Shown: one piece after another, positions 49,583 through 58,866 of the stretch
Layout of the letters: each line of letters starts with the position of its first letter
How positions within the stretch are numbered: the stretch's first letter is position 1
Position numbers and translations under genes: made by a program
The notes under the pieces: model-generated
Seen by the model: the letters and a program-made list of their open reading frames with translations, nothing else
Database searches by the model: none
What the model was told of the DNA's origin: nothing
NCBI GenBank assembly: GCA_017477255.1
Contig: JAFUXB010000002.1
Location: forward strand, 93,996-157,995
Length of the DNA: 64,000 nt
Reading direction: 5' to 3'
Source: Bacilli bacterium
GTDB taxonomy: Bacteria > Bacillota_I > Bacilli_A > RFN20 > CAG-826

Positions 49583-51100
49583 TTAATCTCTATGAATTGG
49601 TTCAGCTCTTAATGGTACTTCTGCAGTATTCATAATAACTGATCCATCACCAGCGACACAATATAATGTGTCATCTTTAAGCATCATTCCAGTCCATACT
49701 GATTGTTGTCCTGGTTCTTTAAAGAATGGATTTTTAGCTTCATAGAAATTTTCTTTTGTAAGCTTATCTACTGGGGTTCCATCACTAATAATAACTTTCA
49801 TGATACTAACTCCATCACCAATTCCTTTTCCAGCTGCATAACAATCTTCATCTGTTTGGAATGAGATAATTAAACGATCATCTTTAGTAATTTCAATATC
49901 TGGAGCACTTGCTTTTGTTGTATTTCCATGAGGTTGAAAAACTTCAATTGGTTGTGACCAAGTTTTTCCATCTCTTGAATAAGAAATTAAGATTTCAAAT
50001 GGATTGCTACCATAATTTGAAGCTCTTCTATAAGTTCCTTCAAAAACCAATACGTAAGTTCCATCACTTAATTGAGCAAATTCAGGCATTCCATCACGTG
50101 AAGTCTGAGCTAAGCTAATTTCATTGATGCTTTTTTCAACAGCACCATCCATTACTACAGTTCTATTTGTCCATTCACCATCTATTAATTCTTTATAAAC
50201 TAAACGTTGGCAAGCATAATTCAAACTTGCGTTTTTCCATACGTCTTCTAACATTGGTGTAGCATCATCGGCATACATACAAACTAATTTATCATTAATA
50301 TATCCGAAGAATGGTTCAAAGAATCCAATTCCACCATGTTTTCTAACTGCTGCAGCAACTTGATCTCTTGTATAACCTAAATCATAAATATCTTCAACGA
50401 CAGCAAAATCTTCAAAAGTTTCGCCACCATCGTAAGAAACTGATGAGTAAATATTTCTTGCGTTAGCGTCTGAAGAACGAGCTAATGCTCTATAACCACA
50501 ATAAATTGTTCCATCTTTTGCTTCAAATAAGATTGGATTTCCACAAACGACTTCGTCATGGAAACTTGCAGTTACAGTTCTTTTACTCCAAGTTGCACCA
50601 TTGTCTTCACTTCTTTTAATTACACATTTACCACTTTGTTCATAAACACAAAGTAATACATCTTCTTCACTCTCTAAAGCTAATAAACGAGGATAAGCAT
50701 TTCCACCTGCGTTAATTTTAACGATTGTATCTTTACTAAAAGTAAAGTTATTAATACTATGTTCACAATATTCGCATACTCCATCATAAGTAGAATGATC
50801 TAATTGTTCAGAAGTAATGTTTTTGAATTCTCCATATTTTTCTGATGAATATAAGTCATATCCAGGATTTAAACATGAAGCTTCAACAGTTGAAACAGTA
50901 TAATCTTTATCGTTTAAGTGTGGAATTGTTTCTTTGTGTTCTTCACCACAAATACTACATTTTGTAACATAATAACCATCACTAGTTAAAGTTGGATCAT
51001 CAACATGATCAAAAACATAGTTATGATCGTGCTTTTTGCTACAACCTGCTAGTCCTAAAACAGCTACAAATGCAAAAAATTGTTTAGCTAATTTATTCAT
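49583..51100 (-). CDS. lipoprotein with BNR/Asp-box repeats (sialidase-like beta-propeller)
   Basis: It has a signal peptide with the lipobox LAGC. Asp-boxes are SEDNGATWS, SYDGGETF and SRDGKTWS. A Cys/His-rich segment lies near the N-terminus. Confidence 0.7.
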   Translation of the reverse strand: MNKLAKQFFAFVAVLGLAGCSKKHDHNYVFDHVDDPTLTSDGYYVTKCSICGEEHKETIPHLNDKDYTVSTVEASCLNPGYDLYSSEKYGEFKNITSEQLDHSTYDGVCEYCEHSINNFTFSKDTIVKINAGGNAYPRLLALESEEDVLLCVYEQSGKCVIKRSEDNGATWSKRTVTASFHDEVVCGNPILFEAKDGTIYCGYRALARSSDANARNIYSSVSYDGGETFEDFAVVEDIYDLGYTRDQVAAAVRKHGGIGFFEPFFGYINDKLVCMYADDATPMLEDVWKNASLNYACQRLVYKELIDGEWTNRTVVMDGAVEKSINEISLAQTSRDGMPEFAQLSDGTYVLVFEGTYRRASNYGSNPFEILISYSRDGKTWSQPIEVFQPHGNTTKASAPDIEITKDDRLIISFQTDEDCYAAGKGIGDGVSIMKVIISDGTPVDKLTKENFYEAKNPFFKEPGQQSVWTGMMLKDDTLYCVAGDGSVIMNTAEVPLRAEPIHRD

Positions 51101-51151
51101 AATGCACCTCTTTATAATTATTATAAATAATTAAAAAATCATTTACAATTT

Positions 51152-52135
51152 TTAAAAGTTTAATAAGAACAATTCAAATGCGTAAAATCTATCTAATTCG
51201 TTATGCTTAATTGATTTATCTAATTCATATAAATCTTCAAGTGCTTTTTTAATACTTTTTCTATTTAAATTTGAAGCATCTTGCAAAGCATAATATATTT
51301 TTCCAGGTTTTACGTTTAACTTATCTGCTATATCTTGATTTGACATTTTTTTGCTTTTTAGATGATATAAACTATCTAAAAATACTAAGTTGTTAGCCAT
51401 TATGCTAATTAATGTTACTGGTTCTACACTTGTAGTAACTCGTAATTCTCTATAAATCTCTATAGCTTTAGCTTTATTTCCACTAATTAATGCTTTTGTT
51501 AATTTAAAAATGTCGTCTTCTTGTGCTTTTGTAACAATAGCTTTTACGTCATCAAGAGTAATTAAATTACCTTCAACGTAAAGCATAAGTTTTTCAGATT
51601 CTTTAATAAATAAGCGTAAATTGCCGTTTACTCTTTTATTTAATTCTGCGATTGCATCACTTGTTATTGAATAATTTTTATTTGAAAAATATTTATTAAT
51701 ATAAACTGGCCATTTTTCTTCTGTTAAATCTTCTAAAAACTTTTTGTTCTCATTTTTAATTGCTTCAAATAAAGGAAATTTCTTATCTAAAGAATTTTCA
51801 TCACTGGCAACCATAAAAATGATAATAGTCTCTTCATCTTCATCATGTTTTACAAATTCAGTAATTTCTTCATATTTATTTTCTTTTAAAATTTTATTTT
51901 CTTTTGTTCGAGGTTGCTTTTTCTTAAAGAAATTTGAATTTTTAATAACATAGACTTTTTTATTAAATGAAAGAGATAATTGAGATACTTCAAAATAAAT
52001 ATCATCAATTGGTGTGGTTAAAGCATCGAAATAAGTAATTTCTTTTTCTTCGTTATCACTATAGATCTTTTTTAAGAATGATTTTAGGTAAAGATCTAGT
52101 CTATCTTCGCTATTACCAAAAAATAAATAAGTCAT
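51152..52135 (-). CDS. holA: DNA polymerase III delta subunit
   Basis: The 327-aa size and the position after comEC (yqeN/holA in Bacillus) support the call. Sequence motifs are weak. Confidence 0.7.
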   Translation of the reverse strand: MTYLFFGNSEDRLDLYLKSFLKKIYSDNEEKEITYFDALTTPIDDIYFEVSQLSLSFNKKVYVIKNSNFFKKKQPRTKENKILKENKYEEITEFVKHDEDEETIIIFMVASDENSLDKKFPLFEAIKNENKKFLEDLTEEKWPVYINKYFSNKNYSITSDAIAELNKRVNGNLRLFIKESEKLMLYVEGNLITLDDVKAIVTKAQEDDIFKLTKALISGNKAKAIEIYRELRVTTSVEPVTLISIMANNLVFLDSLYHLKSKKMSNQDIADKLNVKPGKIYYALQDASNLNRKSIKKALEDLYELDKSIKHNELDRFYAFELFLLNF

Positions 52136-52142
52136 GTAATTA

Positions 52143-54158
52143 TTATAGTATAAATAAATTAAATTTATAAGATATTGTGCCTTCTAAATCAGTTCTTCTA
52201 TATCTAATATTTAATCGATTTAAATTATTAATGACTTCTTCATGTGGATGTTTGAATTTATTCTTATATCCACACGATATAATCGCCACATTTGGGTCTA
52301 AGGTTTTAAGAAATTCATAACTTGATGATGTTGAACTTCCATGATGTCCCAATTTTAAGATGTCTACGTCTATTTTTGTATTCTTTATAATTTCTGCTTC
52401 TACACTTTTAGAAGCATCACCCATTAATAAAATTTTTTGACTCAAAAGTTTGAAATAAAGTACTAAACTTTTATCGTTTTCATCACTTAATTCATTCCAA
52501 TAATGATTAAGATTATTAAAATCAAAATACTTAGTTTTAATAGGAAATTGTGCGTTATAATCGATAATTTCTTTAACTTTAAAATTTGATTTTAAAGAAT
52601 TTAATGCTCCAAAATGATCATAATCATAATGTGTTATAAAACAATAATCAATATCGTAGATTCGGTTCTTTCTTAAAAACGGTATTAAACTGTTTTTAGC
52701 TAAATCATAATTAACAATACCCCCTGTATCTACTAGAATCGTTTCGTTTTTATATCTTATTAAAGTTGAATCTCCTTGTCCTACATTAATAAACGTGATT
52801 TCACAAGTCATTAATTGTTCGATTGGTAAACAATATAATGCAAAACTTAATGTAGAAACTAAACCTATATTTAAATAAAGCCTTTTAAAATTAATTTCTC
52901 TAAAGTAAAAATATAGGCTAAATAATACATAGAATACAATATAACCTAGCTGCTTAAATGCAGGTAAATTAATTGATAAAAAATCTAGTTCTATTTTATT
53001 TAAGAAGATTAACAAATGATAAATAAGATCTTCTAAAAAACTTAGATGTAATCCATAAAAACTTACGATGTTTATCACAAAAATTCCCTTAAAAACATCT
53101 ACAAATAAAGTATTTAATACTAGTCTTAAAATGTTAAATGAATTATAAAATTCTATTGAGAAAGGAAGGAATAATAAAATCGTGAATGAATTCATTTTTA
53201 AGCGCTTTTTAAGCCGATTTTTGTCAAATAGGTATAAATGACCAAGTTCCTTAAAAACCATGAAAATTAAACTTAAAATAAAGGATAATGAATAGATTAA
53301 ATAATGATTGAGCAATAAAAAGATAATCAATATTAAATTTTTAAGGTTAAATCGATCCACTTCTTTTTCTAAAAATATAATTCCAATTATAAAGAAAATA
53401 ACTGTTTTAATTACGACAAATTTCGAGATATTTATAAATATGTATGGAGTTAATAAAAGTAAAGATAAAATTCTAGATAATTTATCACTTATAAATTTTG
53501 CTAAAAATTTAGAAACACTGTATAAAAGGAAATTTAACAATACACCAGTAACAGATAGAACGTTAGCTAGCATAAATTCACTTTTTAAATCACTGATGTA
53601 ATCGCTATTTTCGTTAAATAATATAGCTCTAGCTAAATCTTTAGTTTCTTCATGATGAAATTTAGATAATATTTCACTTTTAAATCCATCTATATTAATA
53701 GGTAAGGAGAATATTTTAGTAAAATTATTTATTTTTAGACTAGATTCAATCCCATTTTTATTAAGATAGCCTTTAAAGTCAAATGAACTTTCGTATGTTG
53801 TAAAAGTTAATTCAGCCCTATCTCCACTAAAACAAATTAAATCAAATAACTTTAAATCGTCTTTATTATAAACATAAAATTTCTCTTTAAATGTTCTTAA
53901 AATTACGTAATTTTCACTTGTTCTAACTACTAACCCATAATTAGAAGTTAAATTGTTTTCTTTAATCTTTATTACACTAAATAAGATCCCTATTATTAGA
54001 CAAATAATCGACAGTATTATTACTACTTTATTTTTCTTTATTTTCCATATAAATAGGAAAATGATGCAAATTAAAAGAATTACTGTAATTAAAACGTTTT
54101 TAATATCAAGTAATAATAAGCCTAAAATTAGACTTAATAATACTGTTAAAAAGCTCAT
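52143..54158 (-). CDS. comEC: DNA internalization competence protein ComEC/Rec2
   Basis: It is polytopic with a C-terminal MBL domain (VGQGDSTLI, HYDYDHFG). Confidence 0.85.
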   Translation of the reverse strand: MSFLTVLLSLILGLLLLDIKNVLITVILLICIIFLFIWKIKKNKVVIILSIICLIIGILFSVIKIKENNLTSNYGLVVRTSENYVILRTFKEKFYVYNKDDLKLFDLICFSGDRAELTFTTYESSFDFKGYLNKNGIESSLKINNFTKIFSLPINIDGFKSEILSKFHHEETKDLARAILFNENSDYISDLKSEFMLANVLSVTGVLLNFLLYSVSKFLAKFISDKLSRILSLLLLTPYIFINISKFVVIKTVIFFIIGIIFLEKEVDRFNLKNLILIIFLLLNHYLIYSLSFILSLIFMVFKELGHLYLFDKNRLKKRLKMNSFTILLFLPFSIEFYNSFNILRLVLNTLFVDVFKGIFVINIVSFYGLHLSFLEDLIYHLLIFLNKIELDFLSINLPAFKQLGYIVFYVLFSLYFYFREINFKRLYLNIGLVSTLSFALYCLPIEQLMTCEITFINVGQGDSTLIRYKNETILVDTGGIVNYDLAKNSLIPFLRKNRIYDIDYCFITHYDYDHFGALNSLKSNFKVKEIIDYNAQFPIKTKYFDFNNLNHYWNELSDENDKSLVLYFKLLSQKILLMGDASKSVEAEIIKNTKIDVDILKLGHHGSSTSSSYEFLKTLDPNVAIISCGYKNKFKHPHEEVINNLNRLNIRYRRTDLEGTISYKFNLFIL

Positions 54159-54709
54159 TAGGCATCAGCTAAAATTACAAAATTTCTGAGTTTTGTATAT
54201 GTTGCATTACCAATTCCGCTAACTTTCATTAATGTTTCAAGTGTCTTAAATAAGCCACTGCTTGTACGATAATCAATGATAGCTTTACTAATATTTGTTC
54301 CGATTCCATCGATGAAAGTTAATTCTTCTGGATCAGTGTAAGTATTAATATTTACTTTTTGAATCTCATCAACACTACAAACATCATTTGGATTATAACG
54401 TGGTGGAATATAATAAGTTACATTCTTTTCTAAAACTGCATCAGTAAAATAAGCTCTAGAATCTGCTTTATTAGTAACCCCGCCTGCTTTTTCGATCAAG
54501 TCACCCATGGTTGCATTATCATCTAATAAATAATTACCAGGATTTAAAATATAGCCTGTAATACCTATTGAGTTTCTTGCACCATCGGTTACTTCTTGTG
54601 TTGTTTGTGCAGTTTGCATAATAGAACCAGAATCAATGAATTTTAAAGCCACTAGTCCTACTAATGTTGCAATAACAACACCAATAATGATTTTGATTGT
54701 TATACTCAT
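54158..54709 (-). CDS. comEA: competence protein ComEA (helix-hairpin-helix DNA receptor)
   Basis: I place the start at MSITIKII (54709), 8 nt after GAGGGGG. It has an N-terminal transmembrane helix and a C-terminal HhH pair (IDGIGTNISKAI...VSGIGNATY). The ORF-track TTG start at 54733 lies inside the hairpin element. Confidence 0.85.
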   Translation of the reverse strand: MSITIKIIIGVVIATLVGLVALKFIDSGSIMQTAQTTQEVTDGARNSIGITGYILNPGNYLLDDNATMGDLIEKAGGVTNKADSRAYFTDAVLEKNVTYYIPPRYNPNDVCSVDEIQKVNINTYTDPEELTFIDGIGTNISKAIIDYRTSSGLFKTLETLMKVSGIGNATYTKLRNFVILADA

Positions 54710-54715
54710 AAATAA

Positions 54716-54763
54716 AACCCCCTCTATATACAAGTTTGGAAACTTTGTATAAAAAGGGGGGTT
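54716..54763 (-). repeat. C5...G5 hairpin element, copy c (greA terminator-like, overlapping the comEA ribosome-binding site)
   Basis: The - strand reads AACCCCCCTTTTTATACAAAGTTTCCAAACTTGTATATAGAGGGGGTT, followed by TTTATTTATG. It forms a long imperfect hairpin and is homologous to copy b. Confidence 0.75.
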
Positions 54764-54788
54764 AAATTTAAAAATATTAAAATTAATG

Positions 54789-55277
54789 TTATTTAATTTC
54801 TAAAATTTCGACTTCGTAAGGGAAATTTGCTTTAACTTTTACTACATCACCAATCTTATGGCTTAATAATGCAGCACCTAAAGCACATTCGTTACTAATT
54901 TTGATGTTGTCAGGATCTTTAATTGGATCTGATTCAATTGAAGAAACGATTTTAACTGTATAAACATCACCAGTATCGATTTCTTTATATTTAACTGTAC
55001 TTGATAAAGTAACAGTTTTTGTAGTCTTTTTAGATGTATCTAAAATTTTAACATTATTTAAAATTTCTTCGATTTCAGCGATTCTTGATTCAATCTTACC
55101 TTGTCTATCTCTAGCTGCATCATAATCGGCGTTTTCACTTAAGTCACCCATTGATCTAGCAAGAGTTAATTGTTCAAGTACTTCTGGTCTTTCAACGTCT
55201 AATAAATGACGGTATTCTTGTTCTAATTGTTGTTTTCCTTCAAGAGTTAAGATATATTCTTTTTTTGTTGCGCTCAT
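54789..55277 (-). CDS. greA: transcription elongation factor GreA
   Basis: It carries the SENADYDAARDRQ motif and is 162 aa long. Confidence 0.9.
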   Translation of the reverse strand: MSATKKEYILTLEGKQQLEQEYRHLLDVERPEVLEQLTLARSMGDLSENADYDAARDRQGKIESRIAEIEEILNNVKILDTSKKTTKTVTLSSTVKYKEIDTGDVYTVKIVSSIESDPIKDPDNIKISNECALGAALLSHKIGDVVKVKANFPYEVEILEIK

Positions 55278-55334
55278 AATGTGCTCCTTTAATCTTTAAA
55301 ATTATAATACAAAGTATTTAAAATATCTATTAAA

Positions 55335-55610
55335 TTACGAATTTTTAAGTTTTTCAATGTTTGGATCTTCTTCAAAAGCTGCTAAAACTTCTTGTCCTTC
55401 TTCAAATTCTTCTTCATCTTCAACTGGTGTAATGTTTCCATTATCATCATATTTCATAAGATAAATATCATCAGGGGCATTATTTTCATAAACGAAAACG
55501 TATTTTGCTCCTCTTTCTTCATTTTCGTAAGTAAATAAGATTTCCATTAAAAACTTATTACCATCTTCGTCATAAATTGCAATTTGGTTTTCATTTAGTT
55601 CCATTTTCAA
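55335..55610 (-). CDS. DUF1292/UPF0473 (YrzB-like) protein
   Basis: It is acidic and about 90 aa long, with the pattern DE.G....E.L......G..Y. It lies downstream of ruvX, as in Bacillus. Confidence 0.7.
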   Translation of the reverse strand: MKMELNENQIAIYDEDGNKFLMEILFTYENEERGAKYVFVYENNAPDDIYLMKYDDNGNITPVEDEEEFEEGQEVLAAFEEDPNIEKLKNS

Positions 55611-56022
55611 TTCTCCTTAAATATCTTTCTAATATAATAATTGCTGAGAACATATCAATTAAATTTTCAGATTTAGATTTTTTCATGTTCATATTAATCA
55701 TTCTTTCTTTAGCTTCTATTGTTGAAAATCTTTCATCTTCATAAATAACTTCTAAAGTTGGTAATTCCTTTAATATATCATTCATAAATCTTTTTGTTGA
55801 TTCACAACGAGTTTGTTCTTCACCATTTGGCATTAAAGGTAAACCTACAACTACTTTATTAATTTTTTCTTCTTTTAATAAATTAATAATATGTTCACGA
55901 GCTTTTTTATAATTTCCACGTTCAAAACAAAAATTTTCTCTTCCATGAACTATCCCTAAAACATCAGAAATAGCAATTCCAACTGTTGTAGTTCCTAAAT
56001 CTAAGCCAATGTATCTTTCCAT
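55591..56022 (-). CDS. ruvX: Holliday junction resolvase-like nuclease RuvX (YqgF)
   Basis: It carries GLDLGTTTVGIAISD, is 143 aa long and lies downstream of alaS. Confidence 0.85.
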   Translation of the reverse strand: MERYIGLDLGTTTVGIAISDVLGIVHGRENFCFERGNYKKAREHIINLLKEEKINKVVVGLPLMPNGEEQTRCESTKRFMNDILKELPTLEVIYEDERFSTIEAKERMINMNMKKSKSENLIDMFSAIIILERYLRRIENGTK

Positions 56023-58614
56023 TTATTTAATATCTTCCCAAGTAAGTTTACTAAATTTCTCTACATCTAAAATAGAACCTTGTGCTAAATCTGGTCTTCC
56101 ACCACCATTTCCACCACAAATTGAAGTAATCTTTTTAACAATATCGCCAGCTTTAAGTCCTAATTCTTTATCTAAAGCGACCATAAGTGGGAATTTTTCT
56201 CCGTCTTTACCTACTAAAACTACAACAAATTTTGAATTATTAGCTTTTAATCCATCACAAATATTCATTAAATTTGCTTTATTAAATTCTGGTAAATATT
56301 TAATTAAAACTTTGAAATTTTCTTTTTCTACATATTCATTTTTCAAAGATTTTACTGCTGAACTGCAGGCTTTTTCATTAAATTCTTTAATTTTTGCTTC
56401 TAATTCATTAATTTTAGCATCTAATTGATTAATCTTGTTTTCGATATCATTAATTGTAGGTGTACCAAGTTGATCTTTAGTATTATCAAGCATGATTGCT
56501 CTAGCTTTTAAATATTCATAAGCTTTAATTCCAGTTAAAGCTTGAATTCTTCTAACTCCACTTGAAATTGATTCTTCACTTTCAATAACAAATAAGCCAA
56601 TTTCTTTAGTGTTATAAACGTGACATCCACCACAGAATTCAATACTTTCTTTACCAAAGTTAACTACTCTTACAGTTTCTCCATATTTTTCACCAAATTC
56701 ATGGATAGCATTTGTTTTATTTGCTTCTTCAAGTGATAAAACTTGAGTAACTCTTTCTATTCCTTTATTAATATATTCGTTAACAATTGTTTCAATTTTT
56801 AATAAATCATTTTTACTTACTTTTTCAAAATAAGAGAAGTCAAATCTTAAATAATTTTCACAAACAAAACTACCTTTTTGATGGACATCATCTCCTAAAA
56901 CTTCTTTTAAAGCGCTTTGTAAAAGGTGTGTAGCACTATGATTTTTCATAATGTTATGGTGTCTAATAAGGTCTAATTTCAAACTAACTTCATCATTAAC
57001 TTTTAATTCACCCATTTTTACCTTAATATGGTGCAAATTTTGCTTATTTGGAGCATGAATTACATTAGTTACATCAGCAAAAAATTCTTCATTAGAAACT
57101 TCTCCAGTATCTGCAACTTCTCCACCCATTTCAGCATAGAAATTAGTTTTATCAAAGATTACATCGCCTTCATCATCAATTGATTCAACCTTTACTCCAT
57201 TTTTAAATAAACCAACAACTTTAGCTTTAATTACTTCTTCATTATCGTATAAATATTCACTATTAACGTTAAATTCGAGTAAATCTTTTGATTGTTTGTT
57301 GAATGATTCTTCGTTTTTTCTTGCTGCTCTAGCCATTTCTTTTTGATGATTTAAACATTCATTAAATTTATCTAAATCAACTTTAATTCCACGGTCTTCG
57401 CAAATTTCAACAGTTAATTCAATTGGGAAACCAAATGTATCATACAATTTAAAAGCTTCTTCTCCAGTTAAATTACCATGTTTTTCAATTAAATTATTTA
57501 ATAAATTTTCACCACTAGTTAATGTTTTAATAAATTTTTCTTCTTCAATTTTTACTAATTTCTTAACTAATTCTTCTTTTTCAATTAAATAAGGATAGAA
57601 TCCTTTCATATTTTCAACTACTACATGAACTAATTTATATAAGAATGGTTCGTTTAAATTAATTTTTTGACCATATCTCATAGCTCTACGTAATAATCTT
57701 CTTAAAACATAGCCTCTACCTTCATTTGAGAAAGTTGCACCATCACTTAAAGCAAATGTACATGTTCTAATGTGATCTGCAATAACTCTAAAAGGCATAT
57801 ATGGTTCTTTATAAGGGACTCCAGATAATTTTTCTATTTCCTTTATAATAGGCATAAATAAATCTGTTTCAAAATTAGTTTCAGTTTCTTGTAAAACACA
57901 AGCAATTCTTTCAAGTCCTGCTCCAGTATCGATGTTTTTATGTGGTAATTCCTTATAATTTTCACGAGCAACACCAGCTTGTGCGTTAAATTGAGAGAAA
58001 ACTATACCCCAAATTTCAATATATCTATCATTTTCTATATCTTCTTTTAAAAGTCTAATTCCAATATTTTCTGGGTCATATTTTTCACCACGATCAAAGA
58101 AAACTTCAGTATTTGGACCACATGGACCTTCGCCGATTTCCCAATAATTTCCTTCAAGAGGAATTAAATGATCTGCTTTCATTCCTTGTTTTTGCCAAAG
58201 TTCAAAAGTTTCAAGATCTGTTGGGTGATAAGTAATATAGAGTTTATCTTTATCTATTCCAAAATATTTTTCACTTGTAAGGATAGTAAATGCCCATTCA
58301 ATTACTTCTTTTCTAAAATAATCACCAATAGAGAAATTACCAAGCATTTCAAAAAAAGTATGATGACGTGCTGTTTTTCCTACATTATCAATATCATTTG
58401 TTCTAATACATCTTTGAACATTTGTAATTCTTTTTGATAAAGGAATTTCACTACCATCAAAATATTTTTTAAGCGCACTAACGCCTGCATTAATCCACAG
58501 TAAAGTTGGATCATTTAAAGGTATTAAACTGGCACCTTTATCAATAACATGGCCTCTTTCTTTAAAGAAATTTAACCAAGTTTCTCTAATTTCTTGACTA
58601 CTTAATTTACGCAT
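56023..58614 (-). CDS. alaS: alanine--tRNA ligase
   Basis: An 863-aa ORF with class II motifs, an editing-domain HxxxH (HSATHLL) and a C-terminal DHHA1-like GGGGG region. Confidence 0.95.
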   Translation of the reverse strand: MRKLSSQEIRETWLNFFKERGHVIDKGASLIPLNDPTLLWINAGVSALKKYFDGSEIPLSKRITNVQRCIRTNDIDNVGKTARHHTFFEMLGNFSIGDYFRKEVIEWAFTILTSEKYFGIDKDKLYITYHPTDLETFELWQKQGMKADHLIPLEGNYWEIGEGPCGPNTEVFFDRGEKYDPENIGIRLLKEDIENDRYIEIWGIVFSQFNAQAGVARENYKELPHKNIDTGAGLERIACVLQETETNFETDLFMPIIKEIEKLSGVPYKEPYMPFRVIADHIRTCTFALSDGATFSNEGRGYVLRRLLRRAMRYGQKINLNEPFLYKLVHVVVENMKGFYPYLIEKEELVKKLVKIEEEKFIKTLTSGENLLNNLIEKHGNLTGEEAFKLYDTFGFPIELTVEICEDRGIKVDLDKFNECLNHQKEMARAARKNEESFNKQSKDLLEFNVNSEYLYDNEEVIKAKVVGLFKNGVKVESIDDEGDVIFDKTNFYAEMGGEVADTGEVSNEEFFADVTNVIHAPNKQNLHHIKVKMGELKVNDEVSLKLDLIRHHNIMKNHSATHLLQSALKEVLGDDVHQKGSFVCENYLRFDFSYFEKVSKNDLLKIETIVNEYINKGIERVTQVLSLEEANKTNAIHEFGEKYGETVRVVNFGKESIEFCGGCHVYNTKEIGLFVIESEESISSGVRRIQALTGIKAYEYLKARAIMLDNTKDQLGTPTINDIENKINQLDAKINELEAKIKEFNEKACSSAVKSLKNEYVEKENFKVLIKYLPEFNKANLMNICDGLKANNSKFVVVLVGKDGEKFPLMVALDKELGLKAGDIVKKITSICGGNGGGRPDLAQGSILDVEKFSKLTWEDIK

Positions 58615-58627
58615 AATACTCTCCTTA

Positions 58628-58825
58628 AAAATAAAAAAGAATTAGATAGGAACGAATTTCTCCGCGGTACCATCCTAATTCTTATTTCTAAGCTCTTAAT
58701 TTTATACTTTAACGCAGTATTTACGAATATTTCTATTAATTCAAGGAAATGGCTCATATTTTCTTTCTTTATGCTTTCACCAACCGCATTTTCTCTAAGT
58801 AGAAATCCAATAATTCTTTTTCCAG
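58628..58825 (-). promoter_or_regulatory. T-box riboswitch leader of alaS
   Basis: The - strand leader contains AGAGA and GGTGAAAG stem-I elements. The T-box sequence AGGATGGTACCGCG is at 58663-58676. A terminator (AGAATTAGGAT paired with ATCTAATTCT, then T6) competes with the T-box. A candidate Ala specifier GCC lies at 58751-58753. Confidence 0.8.
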
Positions 58826-58830
58826 GAAAT

Positions 58831-58858
58831 ATTATATTAAATAATATTTAAATTTCAA
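58831..58858 (-). promoter_or_regulatory. promoter of the alaS T-box leader
   Basis: The - strand reads TTGAAA, a 16-nt spacer, then TATAAT. It lies directly after the stop of the upstream lipoprotein gene. Confidence 0.65.
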
Positions 58859-58866
58859 CAAGTTAT

